Source: Bacteriovoracia bacterium (GTDB taxonomy: Bacteria > Bdellovibrionota > UBA1018 > JBFWNL01). From it: a stretch of DNA of 64,000 bases. The stretch lies in NCBI GenBank assembly GCA_050251055.1, contig JBFWNL010000001.1, forward strand, positions 523,825 to 587,824, written 5' to 3'. The stretch's first letter is position 1; each line of letters begins with the position of its first letter. Shown here in pieces: positions 1 through 10,215 of this stretch. The notes beneath the pieces were generated by a model. That model was not told the origin of the DNA and did no database searches. It worked only from the letters and a program-made list of their open reading frames with translations. The translations under genes were made by a program, and so were the position numbers.

Positions 1-199
1 CGATCCAGAAGTAACCTTCGGATTGCTTGTACATCTTGATGAGGCGTTCCTCGAGCACGCGTGCCTTCACCATCAGATCGTGGATCTTGACGAGCGCCTT
101 GGGGTTCATTTGGATGTTGTCCTTTGGACTCTTGGCCGCGTTTTTCTTCGCGCCGTTGCCGTTCGCAGAATGAGACTTGGACTTCGTTTCCAACTTCAA
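1..199 (-). CDS. Thiamine-diphosphate-dependent 2-oxoacid dehydrogenase E1 alpha subunit, N-terminal part (runs off window edge)
   Basis: Manual translation: (L)KLETKSKSHS...IHDLMVKARVLEERLIKMYKQSEGYFWI, matching the E1-alpha N-terminal M..AR.LEER motif; GGAGG upstream of a TTG start. Not in the ORF track. Confidence 0.75.
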   Translation of the reverse strand, partial: MKLETKSKSHSANGNGAKKNAAKSPKDNIQMNPKALVKIHDLMVKARVLEERLIKMYKQSEGYFWI

Positions 200-264
200 G
201 CCGGGTTCCTCCGTTGGGGGCCTCTATAGGGGAAAGCCGACGATAACCGAATTAAGTCGGATTC

Positions 265-2751
265 TCAAGGCGCCTGTTTTTCAAGGGTTTCGGCCAGCGC
301 GGCCCGGAGCGAACCATACCGGGCCCGCCAGCGGGCCTGGCCTATCTTCTCGGCTCCTTGCATGTTTTCAGCGTATTGAACCAGGCCTCCCCAGATGGGT
401 TCGGAGCTATCCAGTAAGTTCATGAGCTCCGTCTGCAGGGTCGCGCGACGGATCCAGGGCTGGGCTGAATCCATTACCGTCCCCCACTGGCCGTCGAGAT
501 ATTGCCAGCCCCGGAATAGATAGGGATGATAAAGCGTGATCCCCATTTCCTTGTGAGCCTCGGTCAAGGCCCGCAGGGCCAGGATGGTATCGAGCAGATC
601 CGACGGGGTCCCCGTAGGAACATCCTGGAGCCGCCGCAGGAAGCCGCCGGAGTACACGTCTTGCCCCATCGCTCCGAGGGTGGCTCCGCCAAACTCCAGG
701 AAATCCTTCACGTACTCGCTCAACACGGCCTTTAGCTTGGGATCAGCGTTATCATCCGCTTGCATCACCTTCTTGAGGCGCACCACCGCGAGCAAAAACT
801 TCGCGAGGCTGCGGACGCGCGCCATTTCCTCCAGCCGGCCTTCGGCCGTGATCTTCTCGCGGACCAGCAGATTGAAACCCCGCCGTCCGGCCAAGTGACC
901 GCCCTTCGGCGCGATCAGATTCTTGAGCGCCACCGCTAGCATTCCGTAGGGGAGCTGCCGCGCCATATCCGGAAACACCACGATGGAGGCAGGGCCTTGC
1001 TCGTTCTTCTTGTCTTTCTTATCCAGGAATCCCAGGACCGCTTTCTGGAAGTTCTCCTGGCTGCCGAAATGACCGCCAAAAACGCCGTCGGCCTTGGTGG
1101 CTTCCGCGAACTCCGCGACCCCCATCACCAGATCCGACATGTCATCCAGCGTTTCGAAATATACCGTTCCCGGTTCGGCCACGGGACGGGCGCCCCCGGT
1201 CATTAAAAACTCGGACGGAAAGATACGAATCGGCGAGGGCGCGTCTGGGTCTTCGGGAACGTAGTTTTCGAAGTCCGTCCCCCAGGGCGAAAAATCTGTC
1301 TCTCCCGCCTGCAGCCCCCACCCCCCGAACAAACGGGACTCGAACACGGGCGTCAACACGTGATCGATGCGTTCTTTGTAAGCGGGTTGGTATTTCTTGT
1401 CCGCGCCCAAGACAGGGAACTCGGCCAAATTCTTCACGATGATCCGGCCCGCGGTATTCAGCGTCCGCGGATGGAAAAGGACCTGTTCGCTTCCCAGCAT
1501 CACGAGGAACCGGTTGGCGGAAGCGTAGAAAAGCGGCGCCGCGACGGCCGCGGCCGCGGGATCGCCCCCTCGGCTCATGAGCTTCGCCACCGCTAGATCC
1601 GAGCGCAAGCCCGCGATGAGCTCCGAGAAACGCATGCGCACGAATCCCTCCGGAGCGGTTCCCGGCTCGATGCGCTCCAGTAACGGGGCGTCCCGCCAGA
1701 GCGCCGCCATTTCGGCGACGCGCGGCTCGACGAACTTCAGGTAATCCTGCTTCGCGAGTTCAGACGGCGGCAGATTCAAATTCTTGAACACGAACTTCTC
1801 GGTGACGAAATCCGCGATGTGCCCGTTAAACTCGCTGAGGACTTCGAAGAACCCATGGGGCAGCTCGTAGTTGAAGGTTTCGATGAACCGCTCCATCAGG
1901 ATCGCATGCACGGCCGGCCAGGTCTCGCGCTCCCACTTCTCGGTTTGGCGGCGCTCCTTTTCGACGGCGTCGTGGAACATCTTGAAAACAATCTGGCGCA
2001 TCTCGCAATCGCTGGCGACCTTGAACAAGAGCTTCACGAGCTTGTCGAAGATGGAAACCTTGATGGCGAGTCCCAGCTCCGCATCGCACTGGATGACCCC
2101 ATTTTCGTCGGGCATGCCCGCGCGGCGGACCTTCTCGGCACGTTCCCGGCCGATGGCCTTCGCGGCCGGGCGCAGGCTCTTGGGAAATTGATCGCTCAGA
2201 TGCGCGCCCTCAAGGATCGCCAACATGAAGTAGTCCATGAGCTCCACGTCGGTGGGCTCATCCACTAGGCGAATATTGTCCTGGTAGGTTCGCTCGCCAA
2301 TCTGCTCCCACAGCGTTTTTTCGCCCGGCTGGGTGGGATTCATCAACGCATAAATCAGGAAGCTCGGAAATGGCGCGTCGCGGATCGACATCTCGATCCC
2401 GCTCGAAGTGTCTTCCGGTTTTTGGGGCCGATCGCTCCGATGGGTCCGGTACGAAAGAAACGCTTTCAGGATCGGCTCAAGATGAGTCGCGCGCCACGGT
2501 TTGAGTCTTCGATCCACGGCCCCCGATTCGGCGCGGATACGATCGTTCTCGATCACTTCCCGCAACAGACGGCGAAGATCGACCGGATCGACCTTGCGGT
2601 CTTCTTCAGAACTATCGTTTTGGGGAATGGGGGGAGAAACGGGGGCGGAAACCTTCCCTCGTAACGGCAATACGGAATTGGAACACCCCGGAAACGCGAG
2701 CACCCCAGCGAGCGCGCACACACCCAAGGTTAAAAGACGCGACACCGACAT
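265..2751 (-). CDS. Large hypothetical exported protein, probable lipoprotein
   Basis: 828-aa ORF with a hydrophobic N-terminus ending in LAFPG-C (imperfect lipobox); no recognised catalytic motif. Confidence 0.75.
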   Translation of the reverse strand: MSVSRLLTLGVCALAGVLAFPGCSNSVLPLRGKVSAPVSPPIPQNDSSEEDRKVDPVDLRRLLREVIENDRIRAESGAVDRRLKPWRATHLEPILKAFLSYRTHRSDRPQKPEDTSSGIEMSIRDAPFPSFLIYALMNPTQPGEKTLWEQIGERTYQDNIRLVDEPTDVELMDYFMLAILEGAHLSDQFPKSLRPAAKAIGRERAEKVRRAGMPDENGVIQCDAELGLAIKVSIFDKLVKLLFKVASDCEMRQIVFKMFHDAVEKERRQTEKWERETWPAVHAILMERFIETFNYELPHGFFEVLSEFNGHIADFVTEKFVFKNLNLPPSELAKQDYLKFVEPRVAEMAALWRDAPLLERIEPGTAPEGFVRMRFSELIAGLRSDLAVAKLMSRGGDPAAAAVAAPLFYASANRFLVMLGSEQVLFHPRTLNTAGRIIVKNLAEFPVLGADKKYQPAYKERIDHVLTPVFESRLFGGWGLQAGETDFSPWGTDFENYVPEDPDAPSPIRIFPSEFLMTGGARPVAEPGTVYFETLDDMSDLVMGVAEFAEATKADGVFGGHFGSQENFQKAVLGFLDKKDKKNEQGPASIVVFPDMARQLPYGMLAVALKNLIAPKGGHLAGRRGFNLLVREKITAEGRLEEMARVRSLAKFLLAVVRLKKVMQADDNADPKLKAVLSEYVKDFLEFGGATLGAMGQDVYSGGFLRRLQDVPTGTPSDLLDTILALRALTEAHKEMGITLYHPYLFRGWQYLDGQWGTVMDSAQPWIRRATLQTELMNLLDSSEPIWGGLVQYAENMQGAEKIGQARWRARYGSLRAALAETLEKQAP

Positions 2752-3092
2752 TTAACCCTCTTCGCCCCCAATGAAATCCGAGAAAATCTATCTGCGGGGG
2801 TATCGTAGAGAAGTTTTCAAGTCAACGCTCGACTCTGACACTTTGCTTCAAGTTCCGTCAGCGATTAAGAACACTTCCTCGCCGCTCAGTAATCCCCCGG
2901 GTTGACTTCACTTTTTAAAGCAGCTACTAGCTGGGTGAGTTTTGGCAGGGATGTGCGTCAGGGAAAATGGGGAATGGGATTTCTTCTCGAAATACAGCCT
3001 CCTTTTGCCTCCAGTTGATTTCCAAAATCAAGATTGCCGCCTGAAATAGTAGGGTTATTCGAGTAATTTAAGTTGGGCCGAGAGACGCGATC

Positions 3093-4445
3093 GTGAAGCA
3101 ATCGAAAATGAAATCTTTCTTCGTCTGCTTCCTGGGAATACTGGCCGGGGCTACGTTTCCGGGCGACGCGCGCGCCGAGAACGCCCAGACGATCCCCCGT
3201 GGTCGGTTCCGCTTAGGGCTCACCTACGGAATGAGCAATGGCATCACCGATACCTTCAACAGCGCCGGCAACCGCGAGCGCGTCGTCGGCAAATACAACG
3301 TCGACTTAAGCTCGGTGAATTTAAGTACGTACGTCCCCCAGGTAAAAGAGCTCATTGACGCTCTCAACGCCACCAATCTTAGCTACAACCCCAGCCACCG
3401 CCAGGACCCCAGTCACGGCATTGTTTCGTACGACGCCAGCCTTCCGCGCCTGGGCGACGCGCTGGAGCTGGGGTTTTTAGGGGTAGGCGGTCACGCTAGC
3501 CAACAGGTCTATAATTTCTCCCTCGCTCACGGCGTGACCGACCAGCTGACCGTCGGCATTCTCATCCCCTTCATCAAGACGGACGTACAGATCGACGCCG
3601 GCGTTTCCGGTACCAACACCGCCAGCGACATTTACCAGTTTTTTCAAAGCTCCGGATTCTCGGGATTAGGCCCCCAGGGCCAAAACCTGGCTAACACACT
3701 GCAGTCCCTCACCGTACCCAACCAAACCCTGGCGTCCATGCTGCGGTCCTTCGGGTACTCGGACGTCGAGAACTTTAACGCCAGCGGCATTGGCGACGTG
3801 GTCCTCGGAACCCGCTACAATTATTTCAATGGCGACGTCACGAACGTCTTGCCGGGACACTTCATCAACTCGTTCCAACTGGGAATCAAAGCGCCGACGG
3901 GACGCGTGTATTCGCCGCGCCAGGTGACCGCCATCGATTTCGGCCAAGGGGCGTGGGACGCCACCGTCGCCCACCTGATGAACTACACCCCGAGCCGGTT
4001 CCTCACCCTGGAAACCTCGTTTAATTACACTTACCGGTTCCGCGGAATGAAGCTGAAGATGATCAAGCAATCGGCGGACGACCTGCTACCGTCCATCGAA
4101 GAAAACGTAAACGAGAAGATGGGCGATAAGTTCTGGGCGCAGCTAGGCGGTAAACTCACGTTTACCGATTACCTGTTCCTGCGCTCGACTTACGAATGGT
4201 ACTGGAAGGGAAAGAACCACTATATCGGCTCTCAACCCGGCATCGACTACAGCCTGATCGCCGCCGACACCGATACTTATCTCGAAACGCTTTCGGCCGA
4301 GCTCACGCTCAGCTCGATCAACGCATTTCTCAACTATAAGTTCCCGCTGCCCGGCGAGCTCGTGTTCACCTATTACCATCCTGTCCGTGGCCGCAATACG
4401 ATCATTGCGCCTTTTGCCACGGCCGAGCTGGTGCTTTTCTTTTAG
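3093..4445 (+). CDS. Putative outer-membrane beta-barrel protein (MetA-pathway phenol-degradation transporter-like)
   Basis: Signal peptide (ARA-E), amphipathic beta-strand pattern, GIGDVVLGTRY and APTG motifs, C-terminal Phe. Confidence 0.65.
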   Translation: MKQSKMKSFFVCFLGILAGATFPGDARAENAQTIPRGRFRLGLTYGMSNGITDTFNSAGNRERVVGKYNVDLSSVNLSTYVPQVKELIDALNATNLSYNPSHRQDPSHGIVSYDASLPRLGDALELGFLGVGGHASQQVYNFSLAHGVTDQLTVGILIPFIKTDVQIDAGVSGTNTASDIYQFFQSSGFSGLGPQGQNLANTLQSLTVPNQTLASMLRSFGYSDVENFNASGIGDVVLGTRYNYFNGDVTNVLPGHFINSFQLGIKAPTGRVYSPRQVTAIDFGQGAWDATVAHLMNYTPSRFLTLETSFNYTYRFRGMKLKMIKQSADDLLPSIEENVNEKMGDKFWAQLGGKLTFTDYLFLRSTYEWYWKGKNHYIGSQPGIDYSLIAADTDTYLETLSAELTLSSINAFLNYKFPLPGELVFTYYHPVRGRNTIIAPFATAELVLFF

Positions 4446-4517
4446 ACCCACCCGCCTAATTTGATATTGCGCTACCTAGCGAGTCGCGCCATGATGGGGC
4501 CGGGCTCGGGCCTCCGC

Positions 4518-5153
4518 ATGAGTAAAGAATCCACTGAGAAAAATCCGCTCCCCTTATCCGCCAAGCTGAACGCCTGGTACCGGGGCTCCATTCGCGGCAA
4601 AACGCGCATTACCCTGGCTTGGATCTTTTGCATCCTGCTCGTGCTCTCTGCCCGGGACTACCCGGCCTGGCCGGGAATCGCCGTCTGCTTCGTCGGCGCC
4701 TGTATCCGATTCTGGGCTAGCGGCTACCTGCGTAAGGACATGAAGCTTTCCGTGGGGGGGCCTTACGGCTTTTCCCGTAACCCTTTGTATCTAGGCACCT
4801 ACATCATGGCGCTGGGTACGGCGATTGCGGTGCAAAACGTGTGGCTCGTGCTCGCGGTTAGCGTGCTCTTCGCGGCGGTCTACCACTACATTATACTGGA
4901 TGAAGAAACCAAGCTCCGCGGAATCTTCGGCTCTCCTTACGAACTGTACTGCATGCTCGTACCTCGATTTTTCCCGCGCTTGAGCCCGCCCAAGCTAGAG
5001 GAAAAGCTCAAGGTGAACGCCAATCCTGAGCACCACCGCTTCTCCTGGGAGCTGATCGCGAAGAATCGCGCCCACGAGCCGTTCGCCACCTTCGCGGCTT
5101 TGATTGGTTTCATCTATCTCATCGCGCGGGTTTGGAAAGTCTTCGGCGCCTGA
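4518..5153 (+). CDS. Isoprenylcysteine carboxyl methyltransferase / PEMT-family membrane methyltransferase
   Basis: GPYGFSRNPLYLG motif, EE..L...FG..Y..Y...VPRFFP, several TM helices; start taken at MSKES. Confidence 0.85.
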   Translation: MSKESTEKNPLPLSAKLNAWYRGSIRGKTRITLAWIFCILLVLSARDYPAWPGIAVCFVGACIRFWASGYLRKDMKLSVGGPYGFSRNPLYLGTYIMALGTAIAVQNVWLVLAVSVLFAAVYHYIILDEETKLRGIFGSPYELYCMLVPRFFPRLSPPKLEEKLKVNANPEHHRFSWELIAKNRAHEPFATFAALIGFIYLIARVWKVFGA

Positions 5154-5174
5154 CCGGCGGCCCTAAGAAACGGC

Positions 5175-7967
5175 CTACAATTCCATCCAGTTCTTACCCA
5201 CGGATGCGTTCACCCGCAAAGGCACCGCTAGACTCATTGCACTCTCCATGGTTTCCACGAGCAGCTTACGCACGGGTTCGACTTCGGCGGGTGGGCAGTC
5301 GAGCAAGAGCTCGTCATGTACTTGAACCACGATGCGGGAGCGGTACTTCCCATCGCGTAGCGAATCGTCGAGTTGGATCATCGCGAGCTTCATCAGATCC
5401 GCCGCGGTGCCTTGCACGGGCGTGTTCATCGCCATACGCTCGGCGTTGGCGCGGATCGCGGGGTTTTTCGCGTGAATGTCCGGTAGCGGGCGACGGCGCC
5501 CCAACAAAGTGGTCGTGAAGCCCTTCTCGCGCGCCTGCTCGATCTGCCCATCCAGGAAGTCCTTCACGGCGCGATAGCGATCAAAGTAGCGATCAATCAT
5601 TTCCTTCGCCTCCGTGCGCGAAATCTTAAGCTCCTGCGCGAGGCCAAATGCCGTCTTGCCGTACATGAGTCCGAAATTAATGGCCTTCGCGATCCCGCGT
5701 TGGCGCTCGTCCACGTCCGCGGGCTTCACGCCGAAGATTTCTCCCGCCGTCCGCCGATGTACGTCCTCATCCTTTTGAAAGGCGTGAATCAACTCTTGGT
5801 CGCCTGACATATGGGCCAGGATCCGCAGCTCGACCTGGCTGTAGTCGGCCGAAACGAACTGATTGCCCTCCGTCGGGACGAAGCCCCGGCGAATACGGCG
5901 ACCGCGCTCGGTACGAATGGGGATATTCTGCAGATTCGGGTCCGAACCGGAAAGGCGGCCCGTCGCCGCGACCGTCTGATGAAAGGAAGCGTGGATCTTG
6001 TGCGTTTTAGCGTCCACGAGCTTCGGCAACGGGTCCACGTAGGTCCCCTTGAGCTTGGCGATTTCACGGTACTCGAGCAAGAGTCGCGGCACCTCGTGAA
6101 GCGGCGCGAGTTTCTCGAGCACGTCGGCATCCGTGGAAAAACCGGTCTTGGTTTTGCCTTGGGTGGGGAGCTTCAAGTGCTCGAAAAGGAGCTGCGCGAG
6201 CTGCTTGGGGGAGTTCAGATTGATGGGTCCCGGCGTGAAGGTGCGCACCTTCTCCTCGATCACGAGCAGCTCGCGTTCGAACTCGGTTCCCAGCTTCTTG
6301 AACCAACCCTCGTCCACGCTGATGCCGGCGCGCTCCATACGGGAAAGCACGCCCACGAGCGGTAGCTCCACGCGAGCGAAGACCTCCATGAGTTTGGCGC
6401 CATCGAGCTGCGGCTTCAGCCGATCCCACAAGCGCATTGCCACCAACGCGTCCTCGGCGCTATAGCGCGTGGCCAGCGCGATATCGACCTGATCGAATCC
6501 GATCTGCGTCTTGCCCTTGCCGCAAACTTCCTCGTAGGTCATGGGTTTGTAGTCGAGATATTTCTGCGAGAGCACGTCTAGGTTGTGGCGGCCATTGGGA
6601 TCGAGCACGTAAGCCGCGATCATCGTATCGGCCCCGATGCCATCCAGGGCGATCCCCTGCTCGGCCAACACGCCCATGTCGTACTTGAGGTTCTGCCCGA
6701 TTTTCTTGTAACGGGGGCTTTCAATGAAGGGACGGAGCTTTTCGAGCACGAGCTCGCGCGGCAGCTGCGCCGTCGTCGTTCCCCGGTGTGCCAAGGGAAT
6801 GTAACAGCCGTAGGTGAGATCGTGGCAGATCGCCACGCCCACGACTTCCGCCTCGCGCGGGTTGAGCGAGGTAGTCTCGAGATCCAGCCCGAAGTGCTTG
6901 GCGCGCTCGATCCCCTCGAGCATCGCCTGGAAGGTTTTTTCGTCGTTCACCGTCCGGAAGGCCTGGGACTCGTCCGCGGCGCCGATCCACTTTCCCGCGG
7001 TGACCGCAGCCGTTTCCCCGGCCTGGGCGCTGGATGGCGAAGGCGCGGACGACGGGCCCCCAGAACTCGACGCGCGCCATTTTTCCACCAACGATTTGAA
7101 ATTCATTTCCTGAAGAAATGCTTCGCATTCCGGGGTCATATGGAAATCGTAGCGCAGAAACGCGGGATCAAGCACCATGTCCACGTCGTCCTTCAGGGAA
7201 GCTAGCTGCGCGGAGAGCCGGGCGTCGGCCTCGTGAGTCTTGAACGTTTCCGCCTTCTTGCCGGTCATCTTCCCGGACTTCGCGGCTAGAACCACCCCGT
7301 CGAGATCGCCGTATTCGTTTAGCAACTGCGCCGCCGTCTTGGCGCCGATGCCCGGCACCCCCGGGATATTGTCCGAGCTATCGCCCACGAGCCCCAGGTA
7401 GTCGCGCACCTGCGAAGCTTTCACGCCAAACTTCTCCAGCACGTCGGGCTCGCGGTAAAACTTCTCCTTCATCGTGTCCCACACCACCACCCGGTCGTTC
7501 ACGAGCTGCATGAGATCCTTGTCGCCGGTCACGATCACCACGTGGTTTTTCTTGGATAGCTCCTGCCACCGACGCGTAAGGGTGGCGATGATATCGTCGG
7601 CCTCGACTCCGGGAATGCGGTAGGAATGGATGCCCAGGAGCTGCACGAGCTGGTCAATGCGCGCGAACTGAGGGATGAGGTCGTCGGGAGGTGCGCTGCG
7701 ATTGGCCTTATAATCCGCATAAATTTCTTCTCGAAAGGACGGTTCCTTCGAGTCGTAGCAAACCACGAGATGCTTAGGCTGGCCTTCGTCGATCAGGCGC
7801 TTGAGCATCGAGGCCACGCCGTAGACGGCATTCACCGGCTCGCCCTTCGGCGTCGAAAGTGCCCGGATAGCGAAGAACGCGCGAAAGATAAACGAGCTGA
7901 CATCGAGGAGATAGAGCGTCGTATCTGGATTTTCTGCCGTGGGGCGTTCGGAGTTGGGTTTTGCCAT
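5175..7967 (-). CDS. polA: DNA polymerase I
   Basis: 5'-3' exonuclease (LLD..SFIFRAFFA, EADD, GDKD), 3'-5' exonuclease (DLETT), polymerase motifs ADYSQVELR, AKAINFGLMYG, QVHDEL; start placed at MAKPNS (7967). Confidence 0.98.
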   Translation of the reverse strand: MAKPNSERPTAENPDTTLYLLDVSSFIFRAFFAIRALSTPKGEPVNAVYGVASMLKRLIDEGQPKHLVVCYDSKEPSFREEIYADYKANRSAPPDDLIPQFARIDQLVQLLGIHSYRIPGVEADDIIATLTRRWQELSKKNHVVIVTGDKDLMQLVNDRVVVWDTMKEKFYREPDVLEKFGVKASQVRDYLGLVGDSSDNIPGVPGIGAKTAAQLLNEYGDLDGVVLAAKSGKMTGKKAETFKTHEADARLSAQLASLKDDVDMVLDPAFLRYDFHMTPECEAFLQEMNFKSLVEKWRASSSGGPSSAPSPSSAQAGETAAVTAGKWIGAADESQAFRTVNDEKTFQAMLEGIERAKHFGLDLETTSLNPREAEVVGVAICHDLTYGCYIPLAHRGTTTAQLPRELVLEKLRPFIESPRYKKIGQNLKYDMGVLAEQGIALDGIGADTMIAAYVLDPNGRHNLDVLSQKYLDYKPMTYEEVCGKGKTQIGFDQVDIALATRYSAEDALVAMRLWDRLKPQLDGAKLMEVFARVELPLVGVLSRMERAGISVDEGWFKKLGTEFERELLVIEEKVRTFTPGPINLNSPKQLAQLLFEHLKLPTQGKTKTGFSTDADVLEKLAPLHEVPRLLLEYREIAKLKGTYVDPLPKLVDAKTHKIHASFHQTVAATGRLSGSDPNLQNIPIRTERGRRIRRGFVPTEGNQFVSADYSQVELRILAHMSGDQELIHAFQKDEDVHRRTAGEIFGVKPADVDERQRGIAKAINFGLMYGKTAFGLAQELKISRTEAKEMIDRYFDRYRAVKDFLDGQIEQAREKGFTTTLLGRRRPLPDIHAKNPAIRANAERMAMNTPVQGTAADLMKLAMIQLDDSLRDGKYRSRIVVQVHDELLLDCPPAEVEPVRKLLVETMESAMSLAVPLRVNASVGKNWMEL

Positions 7968-7972
7968 GGTTT

Positions 7973-8422
7973 TTAAAGCTTCGGCGCAATCGCCGGGACT
8001 TCGATGACCTCGGTGTCGGCCATCACGTCGCCCAACCGATCCCCCGTCTTCACGCGCACCATCAGATAAATCTCCATCACCAAGAGCGGGAAACCCACCA
8101 GGATCAGGAAGATCCAGCCCCAGATCGGGATGATGGCAAAGAACGTCGCGAAGGCCACGGGCGCGTTGCGAATCGCGGAATCGCGGTAATTCGCCGGGGC
8201 CCGGCGCGTGGTGCTCACGGCCTGAAGCCCCAGTAGCTTCTTGCCTACGCTCTGGCCTTTTTTGAAGCCCTTGAAATCCAGCCCATCGGCCGCGAGGCTG
8301 TAGGCGAAGCCCAGGAACGGCCCCAGATATTGCGGCAGCACGATCCCTACGAACATCACCAAGAATAGGTCGATAAATTTGGCGGCAATGCGATGGGAGA
8401 CCTTGGCGCGTACGATCTTCAT
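7973..8422 (-). CDS. RDD family membrane protein
   Basis: R..A..ID, GQSVGKKLLGL, RLGD..A.T.V motifs. Confidence 0.9.
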   Translation of the reverse strand: MKIVRAKVSHRIAAKFIDLFLVMFVGIVLPQYLGPFLGFAYSLAADGLDFKGFKKGQSVGKKLLGLQAVSTTRRAPANYRDSAIRNAPVAFATFFAIIPIWGWIFLILVGFPLLVMEIYLMVRVKTGDRLGDVMADTEVIEVPAIAPKL

Positions 8423-8431
8423 GGCCGGGGT

Positions 8432-9016
8432 TTACTCCAAAAAGAAGCGGTCGCAGAGATCCACGAGCGAGTGGACCGCGAAGATATGGGTTTCCTGCAC
8501 GCGGCTGGAGTTCTTGCCCAGCGAGACATTGAGCCAGATGTCGCAAGCGGACTTCAAATCGCCGCCAGCGCCGCCCGTGAGCGCGATGACCTTGCAGCCG
8601 ACTTTCCGAGCCGAGCGCACGGCCGCCAGCACGTTCTTACTGTTGCCCGAAGTCGAGATCGCGAGCAGCGTGTCTTCCGGGCGCGCGAGCGCCTGGACCT
8701 GACGATCGAAGACCTGGTCAAAACCGTAGTCGTTTCCCACCGCCGTCAGATTCGAGGAATCCGTGGTCAGCGCCACCGCCGGGAGCGGGCGGCGCTCGAT
8801 GAGCATGCGCCCCACCATCTCGGCCGCCATATGCTGTGCGTCGGCGGCCGAACCGCCATTCCCGAGGATTAAAATTTTACCTTTGTTTTTAACCGTTTGT
8901 CCGATGAGCCGAGCGGCGTCGATGAGTTTCTCCCCGCACTCTTCCAGGAACTTGCGGTGCGCGGCCTGCGTCTCTTCAGAGGTGAGTTGCAAGTAGTTTC
9001 GGACTTCGGTAGACAT
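8432..9016 (-). CDS. gmhA: Phosphoheptose (sedoheptulose-7-phosphate) isomerase
   Basis: GNGGSAADAQHMAAE, GNDYGFDQVFDRQ, ISTSGNSKN, RVQETH. Confidence 0.96.
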   Translation of the reverse strand: MSTEVRNYLQLTSEETQAAHRKFLEECGEKLIDAARLIGQTVKNKGKILILGNGGSAADAQHMAAEMVGRMLIERRPLPAVALTTDSSNLTAVGNDYGFDQVFDRQVQALARPEDTLLAISTSGNSKNVLAAVRSARKVGCKVIALTGGAGGDLKSACDIWLNVSLGKNSSRVQETHIFAVHSLVDLCDRFFLE

Positions 9017-9093
9017 GGTAGACTATCTTGTAGTGCAAAACTGGGGCTTTTCCCAGAGTAATATCAAGCAATTTCAAGCAAATGGAGACTCTC

Positions 9094-9426
9094 ATGGCCT
9101 CTCAAAACGTAATGCAAGCCACCGACACCAACTTTGATTCCGACGTCATGAAAACCGGCCAAATCTCCCTCGTCGATTTCTGGGCGGAGTGGTGCGGACC
9201 CTGCCGCATGCTCGCCCCCACCATCGACGCCCTGGCGAACGACTTCGCCGGCAAGGTGAAGGTTTATAAAATGAACGTCGACGAAAACCCTGAAACGCCG
9301 TCGAAGTTCGGTATTCGCGGCATCCCCACCGTTATCCTCTTCAAGGACGGCAAGATGGTGGATCAGATCGTCGGCAACCAGCCGAAAGATGCGTTCGTCC
9401 AGGCGATCCAGCGCCAAATGTCCTGA
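9094..9426 (+). CDS. trxA: Thioredoxin
   Basis: DFWAEWCGPC active site, GIRGIPT; GGAG SD before the ATG at 9094. Confidence 0.97.
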   Translation: MASQNVMQATDTNFDSDVMKTGQISLVDFWAEWCGPCRMLAPTIDALANDFAGKVKVYKMNVDENPETPSKFGIRGIPTVILFKDGKMVDQIVGNQPKDAFVQAIQRQMS

Positions 9427-9444
9427 TTCGCCACGGAGGCGGGG

Positions 9445-10215
9445 CTAGTTCGAGTTTTCTACAGCTCTCTTTAGGCAGCTCAGCTGATCGTTGGCGTTAC
9501 TGACCGCAAGGCAGGGGCCAAGCATCATCTTCAAATCGCGACTTCCCCAGGTCCGGATCAAATCAGCGAGACAGGTATTCTTGCCACTCGTGGTCCGTAA
9601 GGTATCGCAAAGGGGACCCGCGAATTCCGCGAGTCCCTCACTTTTGAAGACGGTGTCGTACCCCTTGGCATAGCAAGCCGCATTGCCGGAGATGGATCCG
9701 GCCGCCCAACTCTCGCACTTGGAGGAAAAATAATCCACGGTCACGCGAACATCGGCCAGCTGTTGCAGGCAGGATGCGTCCAAGGCGGCAAGCGAAAACG
9801 GGACATTCATCAGCGGCTTCCCCTGATAAGCGGGCGTGCCTTTCGAGGCTCCCCAGGTTGCTACAAGCGACTGATAGCAAGCCAGCTGATAAGTCGCGCT
9901 CCCGCCCAACGTCCCAGAGACTCCCGTCGCCAACTCAAGCAGATTTTCTTCGTTAAAAATCGCCTGAAAGCCGCGCTTTTGACAAGCCAGTTGGTAACTG
10001 GCACTCGCCCATTCGCGGCACTTATCCTGAAAGAAAGCGGCCGTATGCTGAATCAGATCGAGCTTGCTTCGACAAGCCGGGCTCAACCCCGTGTAGTCAA
10101 ACGGCGGGCTCAGCCGGTTACCCGCGGGCAGCTGACTCGCCTGTGCGCCCGAGAATACGCCCACGGCCAGCGCGGCGAGGAGGAGAGTGACCCAAAATCG
10201 GAAGAAGGCAACCAT
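9445..10215 (-). CDS. Secreted Cys-rich hypothetical protein with an internal duplication
   Basis: Signal peptide (AQA-S); two related helical repeats (FFQDKCREWAS / YFSSKCESWAA). Confidence 0.75.
   Translation of the reverse strand: MVAFFRFWVTLLLAALAVGVFSGAQASQLPAGNRLSPPFDYTGLSPACRSKLDLIQHTAAFFQDKCREWASASYQLACQKRGFQAIFNEENLLELATGVSGTLGGSATYQLACYQSLVATWGASKGTPAYQGKPLMNVPFSLAALDASCLQQLADVRVTVDYFSSKCESWAAGSISGNAACYAKGYDTVFKSEGLAEFAGPLCDTLRTTSGKNTCLADLIRTWGSRDLKMMLGPCLAVSNANDQLSCLKRAVENSN

Noticed and set aside
2943-2956. TGGCAGGGATGTGC as a sigma54 promoter
   Set aside because: The GG-GC spacing is 9, not the required 10
7968-8546. 1123-aa PolA with a long N-terminal extension (ORF track)
   Set aside because: The extension overlaps the RDD and gmhA genes in other frames; PolA homology begins shortly after MAKPNS (7967)
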